From Circinaria calcarea (lineage: Eukaryota), in contig JAVECS010000025.1 of assembly GCA_051942165.1 (NCBI GenBank), forward strand, positions 1 through 39,565: a stretch of DNA of 39,565 bases, in the 5' to 3' direction. Under the pieces are notes generated by a model, which saw only the letters and a list, made by a program, of their open reading frames with translations, searched no databases and had not been told where the DNA came from. Position 1 is the first letter of the stretch, and every line of letters starts with the position of its first letter. The translations under genes and the position numbers were made by a program. Positions 13,755-25,961 of the stretch are shown piece after piece.

Positions 13755-15708
13755 CTACCTTCTCGGTGTCAAGTGAAGCTTCACATCCTCCGGGGGCACC
13801 AGTGTAACCGGGCTCCCACCACTTCTCAACCGCATGACCCTCTCCACATCCTCAGCCGCCACCTTCCCGCCGAGGCAAACCCGGTATTGCCTCAGCAGGC
13901 CCGCAAAGAATGCGATGAATTCTACCTGGGCGAATCTCTTACCGAGGCAGGCGCGTGGGCCCTCGGAGAAGGTGAGGAATGTCCCCTTGGTATGGCTCGG
14001 AAACGTGAATGTGGTGTTGCTGGCGTCGTCGCAGGAAGGAGGCGAGGACGAGGTGGGGTCGAAGGTGTTGGGACTGCGGCTTAGCCAGCGGAGAGGCTCA
14101 ATGATCTGAGGATGCGGCCAGTATTTATGGCTGTGGTGGATTCCGGTATTATTGACTATGACACCACAGTGGGCTGGGAGCTTGGAGTATGAGATGCCTT
14201 TGCCGCTTGGGGTATCGTTCTCGATCATAAGCTCTTGCTGTCGAGTAGTTATCCTGCCGATGGGAATTACGATTGGATATACGCGCATGATTTCATACTG
14301 GGACCCCATGCCAACGGGGAGATTCTATTAGCATATTTCTTGGACGGGATATTAATAATGATACAGGAGGTTTGGTCGCCGGTCTAACTTACCATGAAAG
14401 CGAGTAAATAACGGAATCTTGGCAAATCCTGGCTATACGATAATTCCTTCCTTCCGTCTTTCTCCGCCTCTTGATAAACTTGGTCAATCTCTTTTACTAT
14501 TCGATTATGTATATTCTCGTTTAAGGCTAATGTGATGGCTGAAAAAATAATTGTGTTTGCAGTAGTATCATAACCTATAAGGAATATTTAGTTACTATCA
14601 GCTTTTTATGAGATAAAATTATTCTCGAAAATAACTTACCAGCCAGCAAGAATATAAAAGTATTTCCTAGTATTTCTTCATCAGCAAAGGTCGTCCTCCC
14701 ATGATATGACCCTCGCGAATCCCCTTTTTCGGCTAAATTTGAATTGCTCGATTTTAATATTGCCGTTAAAAGATTTCCTTGCATAGCACTTTCGTTATTC
14801 GAGTTCATCGACAATTTCTTCTTTTCGGCAGCAAGAAATTCCCCAATGTATCTTCCGTATTCAGCGTATGATTGATGAGCTTTTTTCCAGGGAGACCTTT
14901 TGAGCAACCATTTAGGGAGCAAAAGTATGTGTGGGAGATACGTAACCACCCCGTGAATCGAGCTAACTAAGCTCATGCTGTGGCCGGTAGGAATGGCATT
15001 CTCGTCTGTCCAGTCGGCTTGCTGCCCAAATCCAGCGCAGGACATGACATTTACAGTAAGGGAGTAAACATCGGTCTTGAGGTCGCCAGAGCCATTCGAA
15101 GCCCAGGCAGAAGCGAGCAACTTAGTCTGACGGAATGTTTCAGACCATACCAGCCTGTTCACCGCGTCACCAAAGGAGGGCAAGGTTATGCGAATATGAA
15201 ATCGCCAGAGATCACCTTCGACAGAGACTACATTTGGACCAAAAGGCTCCAGCATTCCTGTTTCTCATCAGCATTGAGCATTCGATCACACAGCGAGGGA
15301 GCAGCACATACTCATCTTCTCCGGCGGCTTGATAAAGTCTTTCCTCCGCGAACACATGTTCATGGCTGACTTAGCATTGGCAATGTAACAGACAATCCCT
15401 CCAGGAGCCACAACCAAAAAGACATCTCCAAACTGTTTGTGCGCGCGGCCCTTATCCTCGTACATCCAGTCTTTCACCATAAAGCGCGCCCATCTCGGCC
15501 ATCCTTGACCTTTCATCAGATAAGTAGAGTATGTCCATCGTAGAAGTGGATCAGTAACGTATGCCCAAACTTCCAGCTCGTGTAATGGACTGTATGTATA
15601 TGGGAGACTGGTTCCTTTGGCCAGTTGCACGTTTTTGATAAAAGAATTCAGTTTGTAAAGAAAGAGCGAAATAGCAAACAGACTAAGCACAACCAAAAAA
15701 GCCAACAT
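13755..15708 (-). CDS. Cytochrome P450 monooxygenase (P450-2)
   Basis: N-terminal TM MLAFLVVLSLFAISLFLY; I-helix FLLAG|YDTTA; K-helix YEIMR; PLRW; heme motif TFSEGPRACLG; three introns. Confidence 0.92.
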
Positions 15709-16124
15709 CACGCGAGTATCAACACTTGTACCTCAGCGTACTCCGGTGTTTGTGGTTAATCTCAGTGGGAGAGGGTCTCCGATCAACTTGATAAACTCGG
15801 CTGGCCGCTTGTACTCGGAGTCAACAAGCGAGGTAAGCAGAATCTGCACTTGCACGAATAAGGAAGAAGTGCGAGGGATCAGGCCGATAGGTCAATGTAT
15901 TCACCGGTCTCCCGGCTACAACAAGTAATTTTTGATACAATCGGCATTCAGCAAGAGTATCGCCATTTGCTGCTGGGACTAGCTTGGATTTGGACAATTA
16001 GATAGCCTCTCATCCCTGAGATAAGTAATATATATACAGGCTTACTTTAACTAGAAGAAGAAGAAGCTTCCCTATACCGAGCAGATTTCTTCAATGCGGA
16101 TATATAAAAGGATGTCAATGCATG

Positions 16125-17585
16125 CTAATGACAACTAAAGCTTGCGTACTTGGCGAACTCTGCATCTACCATTAGTCTGTGCATCTCCTCCTTGGCCAAA
16201 GTGATCAGAATCTCAAAGCCACCATATATCCGGAGGGGCAGTACCATGCACCTCCTACAGATGACGTCAAACTCTTCCCGTGGCGGTCGTACTGATTCTG
16301 GCCTTCCCCCATTACCAAATGCCTTTCCAAAATTTAGCTCAAACAGGGGTAAATTCAACAAAGACGTCGCGCAGAGCTCAGCGCCATCGAAGGTTGCAAA
16401 TGGGAAGGTGAGTTGGTTATAATCGGGAATGCAAGAGGCAAGGGCATATGCCGAGTGTACTCTAGAAGTTGTAATTGTATCAAGAGACGTTCGGATCGCA
16501 CGGGCAATTTGACTAAGCTCTGTAGCCGGAGACGTCAAGCTAGAGAGCGGTAGGAAAGTTGTACCGATCAAGATAACGTTTCCCAGATATGAAGGAGGAA
16601 GTTCAGTGGAAAACTGAGCTCGACCATCAATGGTGGTATCGAGGATTGCAGTCTCTTCGTTCGTCCCGATAGACTGTCCTGGTGGGAACCGCGCCGACAT
16701 GATACATTTCCATAGGAGAGCCATAAGAGCGTCATTAGCAGAGATTCCGTGACCTTCATGTGAACACTCGTGTTTGAGATCAGCGAAGGACGTTGCGGAT
16801 ACATAGAAAATACTCGTCTCCATTAGCGGCGCATTTCCCGAGAAGGCCGATGATGGTGCTTCAGGTGCAAACGAATCTGGGGTAGTAATCATGTTTGCCA
16901 CTGGATTTAGGCCTAGAAGCCGCCATTGCGGTTCCGAATTGTCAAGATATTCAGGTGTGCGGGCACCGCCCTCGGCCAGCCAGAGCTTCGTCAGTAACTC
17001 CCGATCAAAGCTCTCGGCAGGGATATCAAGGAGCGGAGTTGATGATTCTTGTTTCTGGAGTCGCTGGCAATGGTCGGCCCAAACCTTCATAATCGTATTC
17101 AATCCCGATCCATCGGTTACTGAGTGCCAGATTCCCACCCCGAGAAGACAGCCTCCATCGATAAAATTGGCCTGTGTTACCAAAATATCCGTTCCCATGG
17201 CCAGGTTAGGTCTGAATGCCGCTGGAAGCAATAATTCCCCATCAAGCTCCGCCTCCGGCAGGCCAGCATCCATGAGGTCTTCGTAATTCATTGTTGCGGT
17301 CATATCTTTGTATCGCAAACAAGGCATCGATTCTGTGTCAAGACATGTTGGTACCCGCATTTCCAGCTGCCCAGGTTTTGATTCAGGCGCATCAAGCGCT
17401 CGCACACCTAGCTTTCCGGCCAAAAATGGTATTTCCACTACCGTTTTCGCCAGTGCCTCTTGCATATACTCATACACCACTTCAGGCTTGTGATCAGGCT
17501 TGGTGGGTATGCACAGTATAAATTTGGCGTAATAACGAGCCATAACGTTGTCGAGGGGACTAAGGGGAATGTGCTCAGCAGTCAT
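16125..17585 (-). CDS. CoA/ACP-dependent O-acyltransferase, Tri101/BAHD-like transferase family
   Basis: Intronless ORF from ATG 17585 (MTAEHIPLSPLD); QANFIDGG, catalytic HxxxD (HSVTDG), YLGN and a DFGWG-like LNFGKAFG motif. Confidence 0.92.
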   Translation of the reverse strand: MTAEHIPLSPLDNVMARYYAKFILCIPTKPDHKPEVVYEYMQEALAKTVVEIPFLAGKLGVRALDAPESKPGQLEMRVPTCLDTESMPCLRYKDMTATMNYEDLMDAGLPEAELDGELLLPAAFRPNLAMGTDILVTQANFIDGGCLLGVGIWHSVTDGSGLNTIMKVWADHCQRLQKQESSTPLLDIPAESFDRELLTKLWLAEGGARTPEYLDNSEPQWRLLGLNPVANMITTPDSFAPEAPSSAFSGNAPLMETSIFYVSATSFADLKHECSHEGHGISANDALMALLWKCIMSARFPPGQSIGTNEETAILDTTIDGRAQFSTELPPSYLGNVILIGTTFLPLSSLTSPATELSQIARAIRTSLDTITTSRVHSAYALASCIPDYNQLTFPFATFDGAELCATSLLNLPLFELNFGKAFGNGGRPESVRPPREEFDVICRRCMVLPLRIYGGFEILITLAKEEMHRLMVDAEFAKYASFSCH

Positions 17586-18557
17586 GATTGAGATAAATCG
17601 AAGTATGAGTGTCACGCCGTTCCAGGAGGAAGATTTAGATCAGCAAGTGATTTTTATAATAATGGAATTGTGAACCTGAAAACTAACCTCATATAACTTT
17701 TGTGTTTTTGATGCGGAAGATTTCTTAATTCGGAAGACACCGATATGCTTCGCAGACGAGGATTGGAGGTTCTTTGTGAGTATAAACCTCGAGTCCGCGA
17801 AGGAGATGTTACCATCGTATAAGTGGTGAGTCGATAAATAAGCAGATCTGTATTATGATTGATATTTTTATTCATTGTTGATAATCTTCTATAGCCTATC
17901 CACGAGCCGTCTGCGGATAGTACCAGAGTTGCGAAACTTCTGTATATACAGAATACAAACTCCGTCGGCTATGATACACCGGGGGTGTATTCTACCACAC
18001 GGACCAGTTTTGTATGGGAAAACAGGGGCCAGGGTCAGTATTATTTATAATACAGGCCCTGTGTATTCCCGCCAGCGGAGGATGTACTCGGTATTTCGTG
18101 ACCCCTGAGCTTGCTATCGCAATCAGGAAAGCCATAAAGACTATGCCCTAAGCGTACGAATGTCTGCTTATCCAGGACGATGTGGGTAGAGTTACCAGAA
18201 GTCGGTTTTATTCGTTTATAGAACTGAACGTTGATCCAGCATTTCATGATCGTCCAGGAAAGCGGGGGTGATCAAGTATACTCCGGTATAACTATCACCG
18301 CAAAAAAACGATGCCGGGGATAGAGACGGCTCGGCCTATTATAAATAAGGTTACTCCTCGTCCTGGGTCTCTTAAACGGAGAAACGAAACGCTCCTCGTC
18401 ACGAGAATGGGAATTGGGAAGTCAGGCTTGATTCTCTGTCTAAGCTATGTTTATGGCTAAACTGGTGACTGGCAAGCTGGTTAAGAAATGTTGCTAGCTA
18501 TCTCTCTTCAAGCCAAAACATGTATATGGTCGCAATCTTCTCAGCATCTTCACTCTA

Positions 18558-19670
18558 TCACCCTTCAGTAGTCTTATTGTATCGCTTCGTTGTATGGCTC
18601 CATAGTTCATTCCCACTCATTTGGTATTCCAATCCCTTCATGTAATCTCGAAGGCCTGGCGAAGGTTTGTCCTTGCTTTCCAACCTCGCTACGAGCTGCT
18701 GGTGACAAAGCTCCCACTCCCTGCACATGGCCCACAAGATGCGTTTGGCAGCCTCAATGCTGACGTCCACTTCCCTTGCCATGATCTGAACCGATGAGCA
18801 GAGTGCACCACCTTCCTTATGGCCTTTTCGGGCGGCAAGGACTTCTTTCTCGTAGCTGTAAATGTCGTTGACGACAGAGATATGCTTTGAGCAGTTGAGC
18901 TCAATGGGTCTGGCGATTGCTAATTCCGCAGCAGTGATATGGATAGCCATGGAGTAGCGCATCAGAGCGGAGAGCAGCCTGAAAATTTTAGCCAGTCCAG
19001 CAAACAGGTCTTTCATGCTAGGTCTTACGCTTTTCCAACATCTTTCTCGCGATACTCAAAATACTTTCCTAGGCCCATGAGCTTTATGCGAGTTCTATCC
19101 GTTTGTGCTCTCATGAATACAAAGACTGGTTCAAGGATTTCATCCGCCATCGCTTTATCATGCGCACGCATGCTCTCCCAAAGATCATAGATTATGTATT
19201 CGACTGCAACGGACCGATCAGGAAGAACATCACCTCGAGATATTGGAATTAGCTTCTCATTGTACGCCGAGCCATCGTCGAAGGACATATCATCAAGGAC
19301 ATCTGTTTCCATAAGTTTCCTCGTTAAACATGAAAGGACGACGCTCACCGTCTATGAGAAAAAGGACCGTAAGGAGTCGGCATGCAAAGTGGATTCTATC
19401 ATCCAAGGCCTGTGGGAAGTAAAGGCATGTAACCCGCGAAAAGCCGGCGGCAATAAATTTTTCTTTGGCTTTTTCAGATTCAAACTTCCAGTGCTGGAGG
19501 AAGTATCCATCAACTTCTTTGGACACAGAGTCGACGAGGGGATGGCAAAGTGGTTTGAAAGGGGATGGTGAGGGTGTATATAACTGTAAATTCGCCGAAG
19601 CTGGTTTCTTAACTTCCGTAGCAATGATCAAGCGGTAAAGCAGACTACTAAAGTAGCTAAGGAGAGGCAT
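18558..19670 (-). CDS. ari1: Aristolochene synthase-like sesquiterpene cyclase
   Basis: Three exons (19670-19349, 19302-19029, 18978-18558). Contains GFSRVTCLYFP, DDVLD, RAQTD, YREKDVG, NSE motif NDIYSYEKE, GLEYQMSGNELWS and RY; closely follows the Aspergillus terreus/Penicillium aristolochene synthase sequences as I recall them. Confidence 0.93.
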
Positions 19671-20609
19671 ATTCTTTTCTTTTCTTAATACCCTGAATCG
19701 GTATGATCATACACTGCTTTAAAGAAGGGTCGTCCGAGCTTGTTAAGTACATTTTACCGTTATGTTCTCCGGCATGACCGGACGCGCAGTTTCCGTAAGA
19801 GATGGATGACTCGGAAGACTAAGCCCAGCCTTAAAGCTAGCTAAAAATGCCGAGAAATATTAACTTACTCTATTCTATATAACCAAATGCGGTATGTCCG
19901 ATGGAACAGCGCTCCGATGTTGGAAGTCATAAGGCTTACCGAAAAATGTATTGCTTAGGAGGTCCATGCTCAATACTTCCTACACATTTCATAAAAATAC
20001 TTTTCTCGCTGCATAAATAGCTTAACTAATTACACACTTACATAGTATGAATGCCACCAAACATTACTGTATGCTCAACATCCGATTAGTTAACGATAAT
20101 ATTTTGGATTCGATCCTAATATGTAAAGAGAAAACGTCCATCTCAAAGCTGTATAGTATGCATTTAACCCTTGTATAATAGCGCTTCGTTCGCGCACCAA
20201 AACCCTAAATCTGATATTCGTAAGTCCGGGAGGCAGGCCTATTATACACTATGGGAAATAGAATACGGCTAGAATATTTCAAGCTAAATTTGACGGTGAT
20301 AAAAGAAGGCCGACTCCCCGATTTTTTTTCACTCCGATTTATAACCTACACGGTACCTGAGTAATTTATATATTTACGGAATAAATTTATTCCCGCTACC
20401 TATAATACTTGTTTTCTTAATTCCCTCTTAGTATAATAAGTTTAATAAATAAGCCAGATATGCTTAGCTGATCCAAATTTATTATTCCGATACCTTTATT
20501 TTTCGGTCCTCACTTTCCTTCTAATTTGCATTTTACTCTTCGCAGCCGGTTACCATAATATCTTTGGCTTCCTAAAACCTACCTTGAAAATAGCAATCTC
20601 CAAAACATT

Positions 20610-21584
20610 ATGGGCGGGATGAAGAATTATAACCCTGACAAGGACGTTCCTGATCTTTCAGGCAAAGTTATTTTCGTTACAGGAGGCTAGCTCTCCTCCA
20701 CACCGCTCTGATCGATCGCTGACGTTTGATGTATAGGTACTGCCGGACTTGGTTCCGAAACGGTTCTTGCTTTGGGGAAACACCACCCGGAACACATTTA
20801 CTTCAGCGGTCGCAATCCCCAACGAGCTACTGCACTCATTAGCCGGGTCAAGGCTGCTGCACCGGCCCTGAAGCTTACCTTCGTCGAGTGTGATCTTACT
20901 TCTCTTGCATCCGTTGCAGCGGCGGTCCAGCAGTTCGCCTCTCGACGTCTGGATATTCTCATGTGTAATGCTGGCATTATGGCCGTTCCTCCCGGCCTCA
21001 CCGAGGATGGATACGAAGTGCAGTTCGGTACCAACCATCTCGGACATGCCTTGCTCATCAAGCATCTCCTTCCTACTTTACTCCAAACCGCGGAAGAACC
21101 CCACTCGGATGTGCGAATTATCCTTCTGACATCGCTTGGATTCCGCGGCCACCCCAAGGGCGGAATCGTTTTCAAAGACCTCAGGACTACGCAAGACACC
21201 GGAGCATTCGGCTCGTGGATTCGGTATGGTCAGAGCAAGCTCGCCAATATCCTCTACGCCAACGAGCTTGCACGTCGCTACCCGAACATTACGTCTCTCT
21301 CCATCCACCCTGGCGTTGTTGAGACGGACTTGGTTGGGAGCCTGGGTTTTGCCAATAAGGCATTCGTCTATGTCGCAAATATGGGAAAACTCTTGAAACC
21401 GGCGGAGGGTGCCTACAACCAGATTTGGGCGGCTACATGCGATAAGGAAAAGGATAAGCTGGTTAACGGGGCGTTCTATGAACCTATTGGGTTACTTTCC
21501 ACCAAACTTGATAAAACTTCGAAGAGTGAAAAGCTTGCAGAAGAGCTATGGGTCTGGACAGAGAAGGCGCTTAAGGATTACTAG
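20610..21584 (+). CDS. Short-chain dehydrogenase/reductase (SDR-2, retinol dehydrogenase/WWOX-like)
   Basis: MGGMKNYNPDKDVPDLSGKVIFVTG|GTAGLG, CNAGIM, QFGTNHLGH, YGQSK, HPGVV; requires intron 20686-20736. Confidence 0.92.
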
Positions 21585-21830
21585 ATAGCGGGCATGCCAA
21601 AGCACGAACACCCCAAGATTAGGTGGCTTTTACCCTTATTATAAAGGTTTTATCTTCTTAAACTGTTTTACTTTTGTTTTCTATCGCCAGCTCTAGTGAA
21701 GGAGAGCGCAGTATGTTAATTTGAAATTCAGATTGCAATTCGGCAGTATTCTCATGATTATTAAATAAACTATGGTACCTAAATAAGTTTTTCAGTTCTT
21801 CAATTATGGACTCGAGTATAATCTCGAATT

Positions 21831-23731
21831 TTAGCTGCCGAAGCGCCTTCTGATCCGAAAAGGGATTTGACCCTTGGGTGGCAAAGCTCCCAATCCAAAG
21901 AACTCCATATTTGGATCTGGCTTGAATCCCTTCTCTGTACGAAGCTCCACGTCATAGTAAGCGCAAAATATGGCGAAGCTGCCGATTATCTCCTGCTTGG
22001 CAAAGTGTCGGCCAGGGCACATGAATTGTCCGCCTCCATACGGAACCCAGCCACCAGCAAGACCATCCATGGAAAAGACTGCCTTCTTTGTCGAGCTCGA
22101 GCCCTCTATAGGCGCCTCTATCTCGGAGTGCTCCAACGAGACAGTGGCTCTTTTCAGCGGACCACTTCGAGGATGATCTGGATAAATCAAAAACCGATCT
22201 GCCCAGAAGTCGTCCAGGGCATGTACATTCTCAACATCTTCTCCAGTGCTCCACAAATCCTTATTGCTTGCTGCCGTGCGAGTTGACAAACAAATCAGCC
22301 GCTTCTTTCGGAACAGCCATTCGCCCAATCTGAAATCTTCATGTTCGGGAGTGCGGTTTAGGAGAAGGGCGATACGCAGCCGCAATGTTTCCGCGTAGAT
22401 TGACTGCAGAAGTGGGTTCTCACAGAGCTTAGCGATATCGAATCGAGCGTTCCCGGCGCCTGCGCTGGTTGGAAGTTTTGCACTTGCTACTTCCTCGCTG
22501 GTACGGGAGATAAGGTCTGGATCCCTGTATATTTCAAGTAGAAACCAGGCGGCGCAGACAATTGCATTGGCGTTTGCGCTGGCAAAAGTTATCTATCCAC
22601 AAGCCCATGCGTGACGAGATCATGGATATATGTACTTACGCAACCATTAAAGCCAGATCTTCTGCCGCAAGAGCATTGTCGTTCATAGCATCCATAGCCC
22701 TACCGAAGTTTTGCCTCACTTTCAGATATTTCGAGCCCCAGTACTCATCCCACTCAACGTCGTCTGGACCAGTCTTGGTGTAGTCCGAGTGTTCACGAGC
22801 GAATCGATGCCATTTCTTTATACTTTCCAAGACTCTGTCGCGTGCTCTATACGCACTGGGAATCATCCATCGCGGTAACCCTTTTAGCAAGGTCGGTGTT
22901 GCTGAAATATACATCCAAAATTCTTCTGTGAAGGTAGGGTTCAATGAAAGGAGGTGGGGACCAAACAAAGCTTCGGTTGCGCTACGGAAAACCCGATTCT
23001 GCCAGAAGGTATATAAATCGGGTAAGGCCTTCCAGTCATGAGTTATCCGACCATCGCCGTCAAGGTCCCGGCTGAGAATCGCCATAAAGCGTTCAGTCAT
23101 CTGCTGCAAGGGCCTGCCAGATAAATATTTATGAGCTGCTAAGTGCTGGTGATAGTAGATCCGATGTTCTGGCCTCACTTCAGTACCAGGCAACGGTTTG
23201 GGCGCAATACCAGAGTCGTCGGCTCGATAGAGATTGACAGCGCCAGAGGGAGTGCCAAACATATTCTCCATCGTGATAGCAATGCCTGGCTTGGGCGTTA
23301 GGCTCCGCGAAGCTTTGAGGAGCGTGGTAAAGTGCTCTGGGGCTGATACGAGATATCCCTGCTGCGGCCCGATCTTGATCTGAACTGGAATCGCGTCACC
23401 ATATTTGTCTCTGCGATTCCGAATTCGTTAGGACTATGGGCAATATTCACGTCACAATCAAAGCCTCAAGAACTGGACATTACGTTACTTGAGATATAAA
23501 GCCGGCTGTGTTTCTGATAAACGGGATTAGACTCCCCAAAAATGGGATCCAATAGGGGATAGTCGGTGGCTCTCGCCCGAGTTTGTTACTGCGGATGGCA
23601 CGTATTGATTGGAAAGTCGTGATCAGGAAAGTAAAAGTTGGCACCAGAAAAGTTGCAGCACCGATCCAGAGCTTCCAATCCACCGGAGCCAAGTCTGAGA
23701 GGCTATCGTAGAAATCGTTTGTCCGCAACAT
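21831..23731 (-). CDS. Cytochrome P450 monooxygenase (P450-3; CYP7/CYP8-like clan)
   Basis: TM anchor followed by PPTIPYWIPFLG; I-helix LMVAANANAI; ETLR; ADRF; heme motif PYGGGQFMCPGRHFA; two introns. Confidence 0.92.
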
Positions 23732-24824
23732 TCCGAAAACCGGGATGGAACTGAAAGAATGAAATTCTGGGGAAGCAGGAGAGAATGATAACGCTAGGAT
23801 ATGGAACAGATAATTAACAGCAAAGGACTGCTCTATAGACTCCAAACTCAGTCTCGACTGTGGTGGTTTAGGTAGAAAATCCGCAGCATCATCCATCCTC
23901 CATCTCTGAGGATCCCTCGTCGATCGGAGGCCTTCCATTCACTTCTCCATCCTCGATAGCCTCGATTCGGGGCTGTACCAGGAAAACATTGTGATGATCC
24001 CGGGGAACGAGGCTCTGCATTGTGATTTGGCGTTTAAGGTAAAGCGTCGGAGTGTTTCGGCAATTGCCGAATTCAGTACGCGATAGATTTCGGCGCATGA
24101 CCGTTTGGGCTACCTCATGGAAGTGCAGGGATAGAGAATCACCATACCATAATAGTACCAAGGGTCATCCGGAAAAGGTTTACTTCCACCCCTCGGAACG
24201 GAACAGCGAAAACGGGCAAAGGCTCAGAAATTGTTAGCTCGCTCCGACGATTTCCGAGAAGGGTTAGATAGGGGACCTGTCAGGGCCCCGGGAGGACAGC
24301 CACATATCCAATATGGAGTAATGTTTACGAGATTTCTTCGGAGCAAAGCATACACAAAGGAAAGGTCGGTGCTCAGCAGATGGTGTCCCTACGGAGTACC
24401 AACGGTTTGGCGGCCAATAATGGAGAGCTATATGAACACGCATGGGATCCCATATTATTTCCGATCTTTCTGGTATTTGCGAAGCTCAAGCAGGCAACAA
24501 CGGCCTGGTAAACGTCCATTAGGAGGATTGGCGTAGCACATGCGCCTTAATTATCGTTTGCACAATGCGGCGCTTGGAGAGTAACTCAGCACGGTTTAAT
24601 ATAGTTGAATCAAATTCCGCGAAGACCTCGGCGCGAGAGTGTTGATTGATGGCTATTGTCTTGCGTGCCTCCCTTGCTAGCCCTACTTCCTGGGCATACC
24701 CTCTTCCGTTGAGCTTTGCTATCGACAATGTGCCCTGGGCGCTGCATGAGTTTGACTGGAGATATGCAGTCATACTGGTGGACTAGAATCATGATGCCAA
24801 GATCAACTCCACATATCCGTTTGT

Positions 24825-24961
24825 AGGGAGAAGGAGAGGGAGGGGGGGAAGGGAGAAAAACAGAGAAAGAGAGAGAAAGAAAGAGAGAGAGAAGAAAGAA
24901 AGGGAGAGAGAGAGAAAGAGAGGGAGAGAAAGAGAGGGAGAGAAAGAGAGAGGGGGAGAGA
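24825..24961. repeat. Polypurine GA-rich low-complexity tract
   Basis: About 137 nt, all A/G except a single C, with reiterated GAGAGAAAGAGAGG units. Confidence 0.92.
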
Positions 24962-25961
24962 TTGGTACGTTTTGAAACTAGGTAGTAATAAGTGTGGTTC
25001 GTAGTACCGAAAAAGGTTTATTATTTACCTCTTTAGCTGGAGCTTCTCTGCCCTTCTGCATGTTGCCAAGTTTCAAGGGTGTATTTCCCTGGAAGAGCTT
25101 TCATTGTCGAGCTCATAATCCAAGATCGATAAGACCCGCTAGCTAGCCTGTGAGCATCAATCAACGTGCTTGGCTGACTAGGTAGTATGAGTCTCTGGTG
25201 GAGTGGGGCTAGTGAAGATCTTGCGAATCCGAGAGCTCGGACAAAGTCACGATCCTTCAGATGCAGCATTGCGGATTGCCACTAGGCTTACTCCGTGCTT
25301 ACGACATGACCTCTACAGACTATATGCTGATTGGTCTGCAGGGTAAAGATCCGCTCCACTCCGAAGGATCTATTCCCAGGTAGGTCCCTTCCAGCATCCC
25401 GAGTCTGGTGCAGAATGCTTCTTCTGTATGCCAGGTACTTGTACCTGCATATGGAGAATTGTCCGATCGATCAGCCTAAAGGCACTAGTTGCATATCAAT
25501 AATACTGTAGTTTTCCCATCGATATATTAAGAGTGCTAATGGCAGCAAGGGATGAGCAACGCTGACGACAACTGAGAAGGCAGAAACGAATACGACGAAA
25601 CAGGATGTTGATACAAGCCATCTCGATCGGAGGTTTGGCATACAAGGATAGTATTTGGTTTGCCTTAATCCGGCGCCGATAGCCCACTTGAGTAGTTTGA
25701 AAACAAAGCTAACCAACACTGTTAGATGTCACCTGAAAGATGGACAGAATAAGGCACACACTTACTCTTTAGAGGCTAAATACTGCGCCTCCCGACTTCC
25801 AGGCTCTCGCAACTCCTTTCGGCCTAATTCAGCCAGCCTCCAAGCTTGATCGGCGAGGCTGAAAAGAAATATATAAGTCATTCGAACGACCATGCTTGCT
25901 GATCGATCCAACGTCTGGGCTTATACTGCGTTCCCCTCTGTTCTTGAAATCCTGCGATATC

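Noticed and set aside
3178..22286. Numerous antisense ORFs over the PKS, acyltransferase, cyclase and P450 genes
   Set aside because: They are shadow ORFs opposite well-supported genes and carry no motifs of their own.
23732..23938. N-terminal extension of P450-3 in the ORF track (MEGLRSTRD...)
   Set aside because: It starts at a non-ATG codon; ATG 23731 sits just before the TM anchor and gives a normal P450 length.
24231..25849. Several short ORFs in the P450-3/FAD-oxidase intergenic region
   Set aside because: No recognisable motifs; they overlap on both strands and are consistent with chance ORFs.
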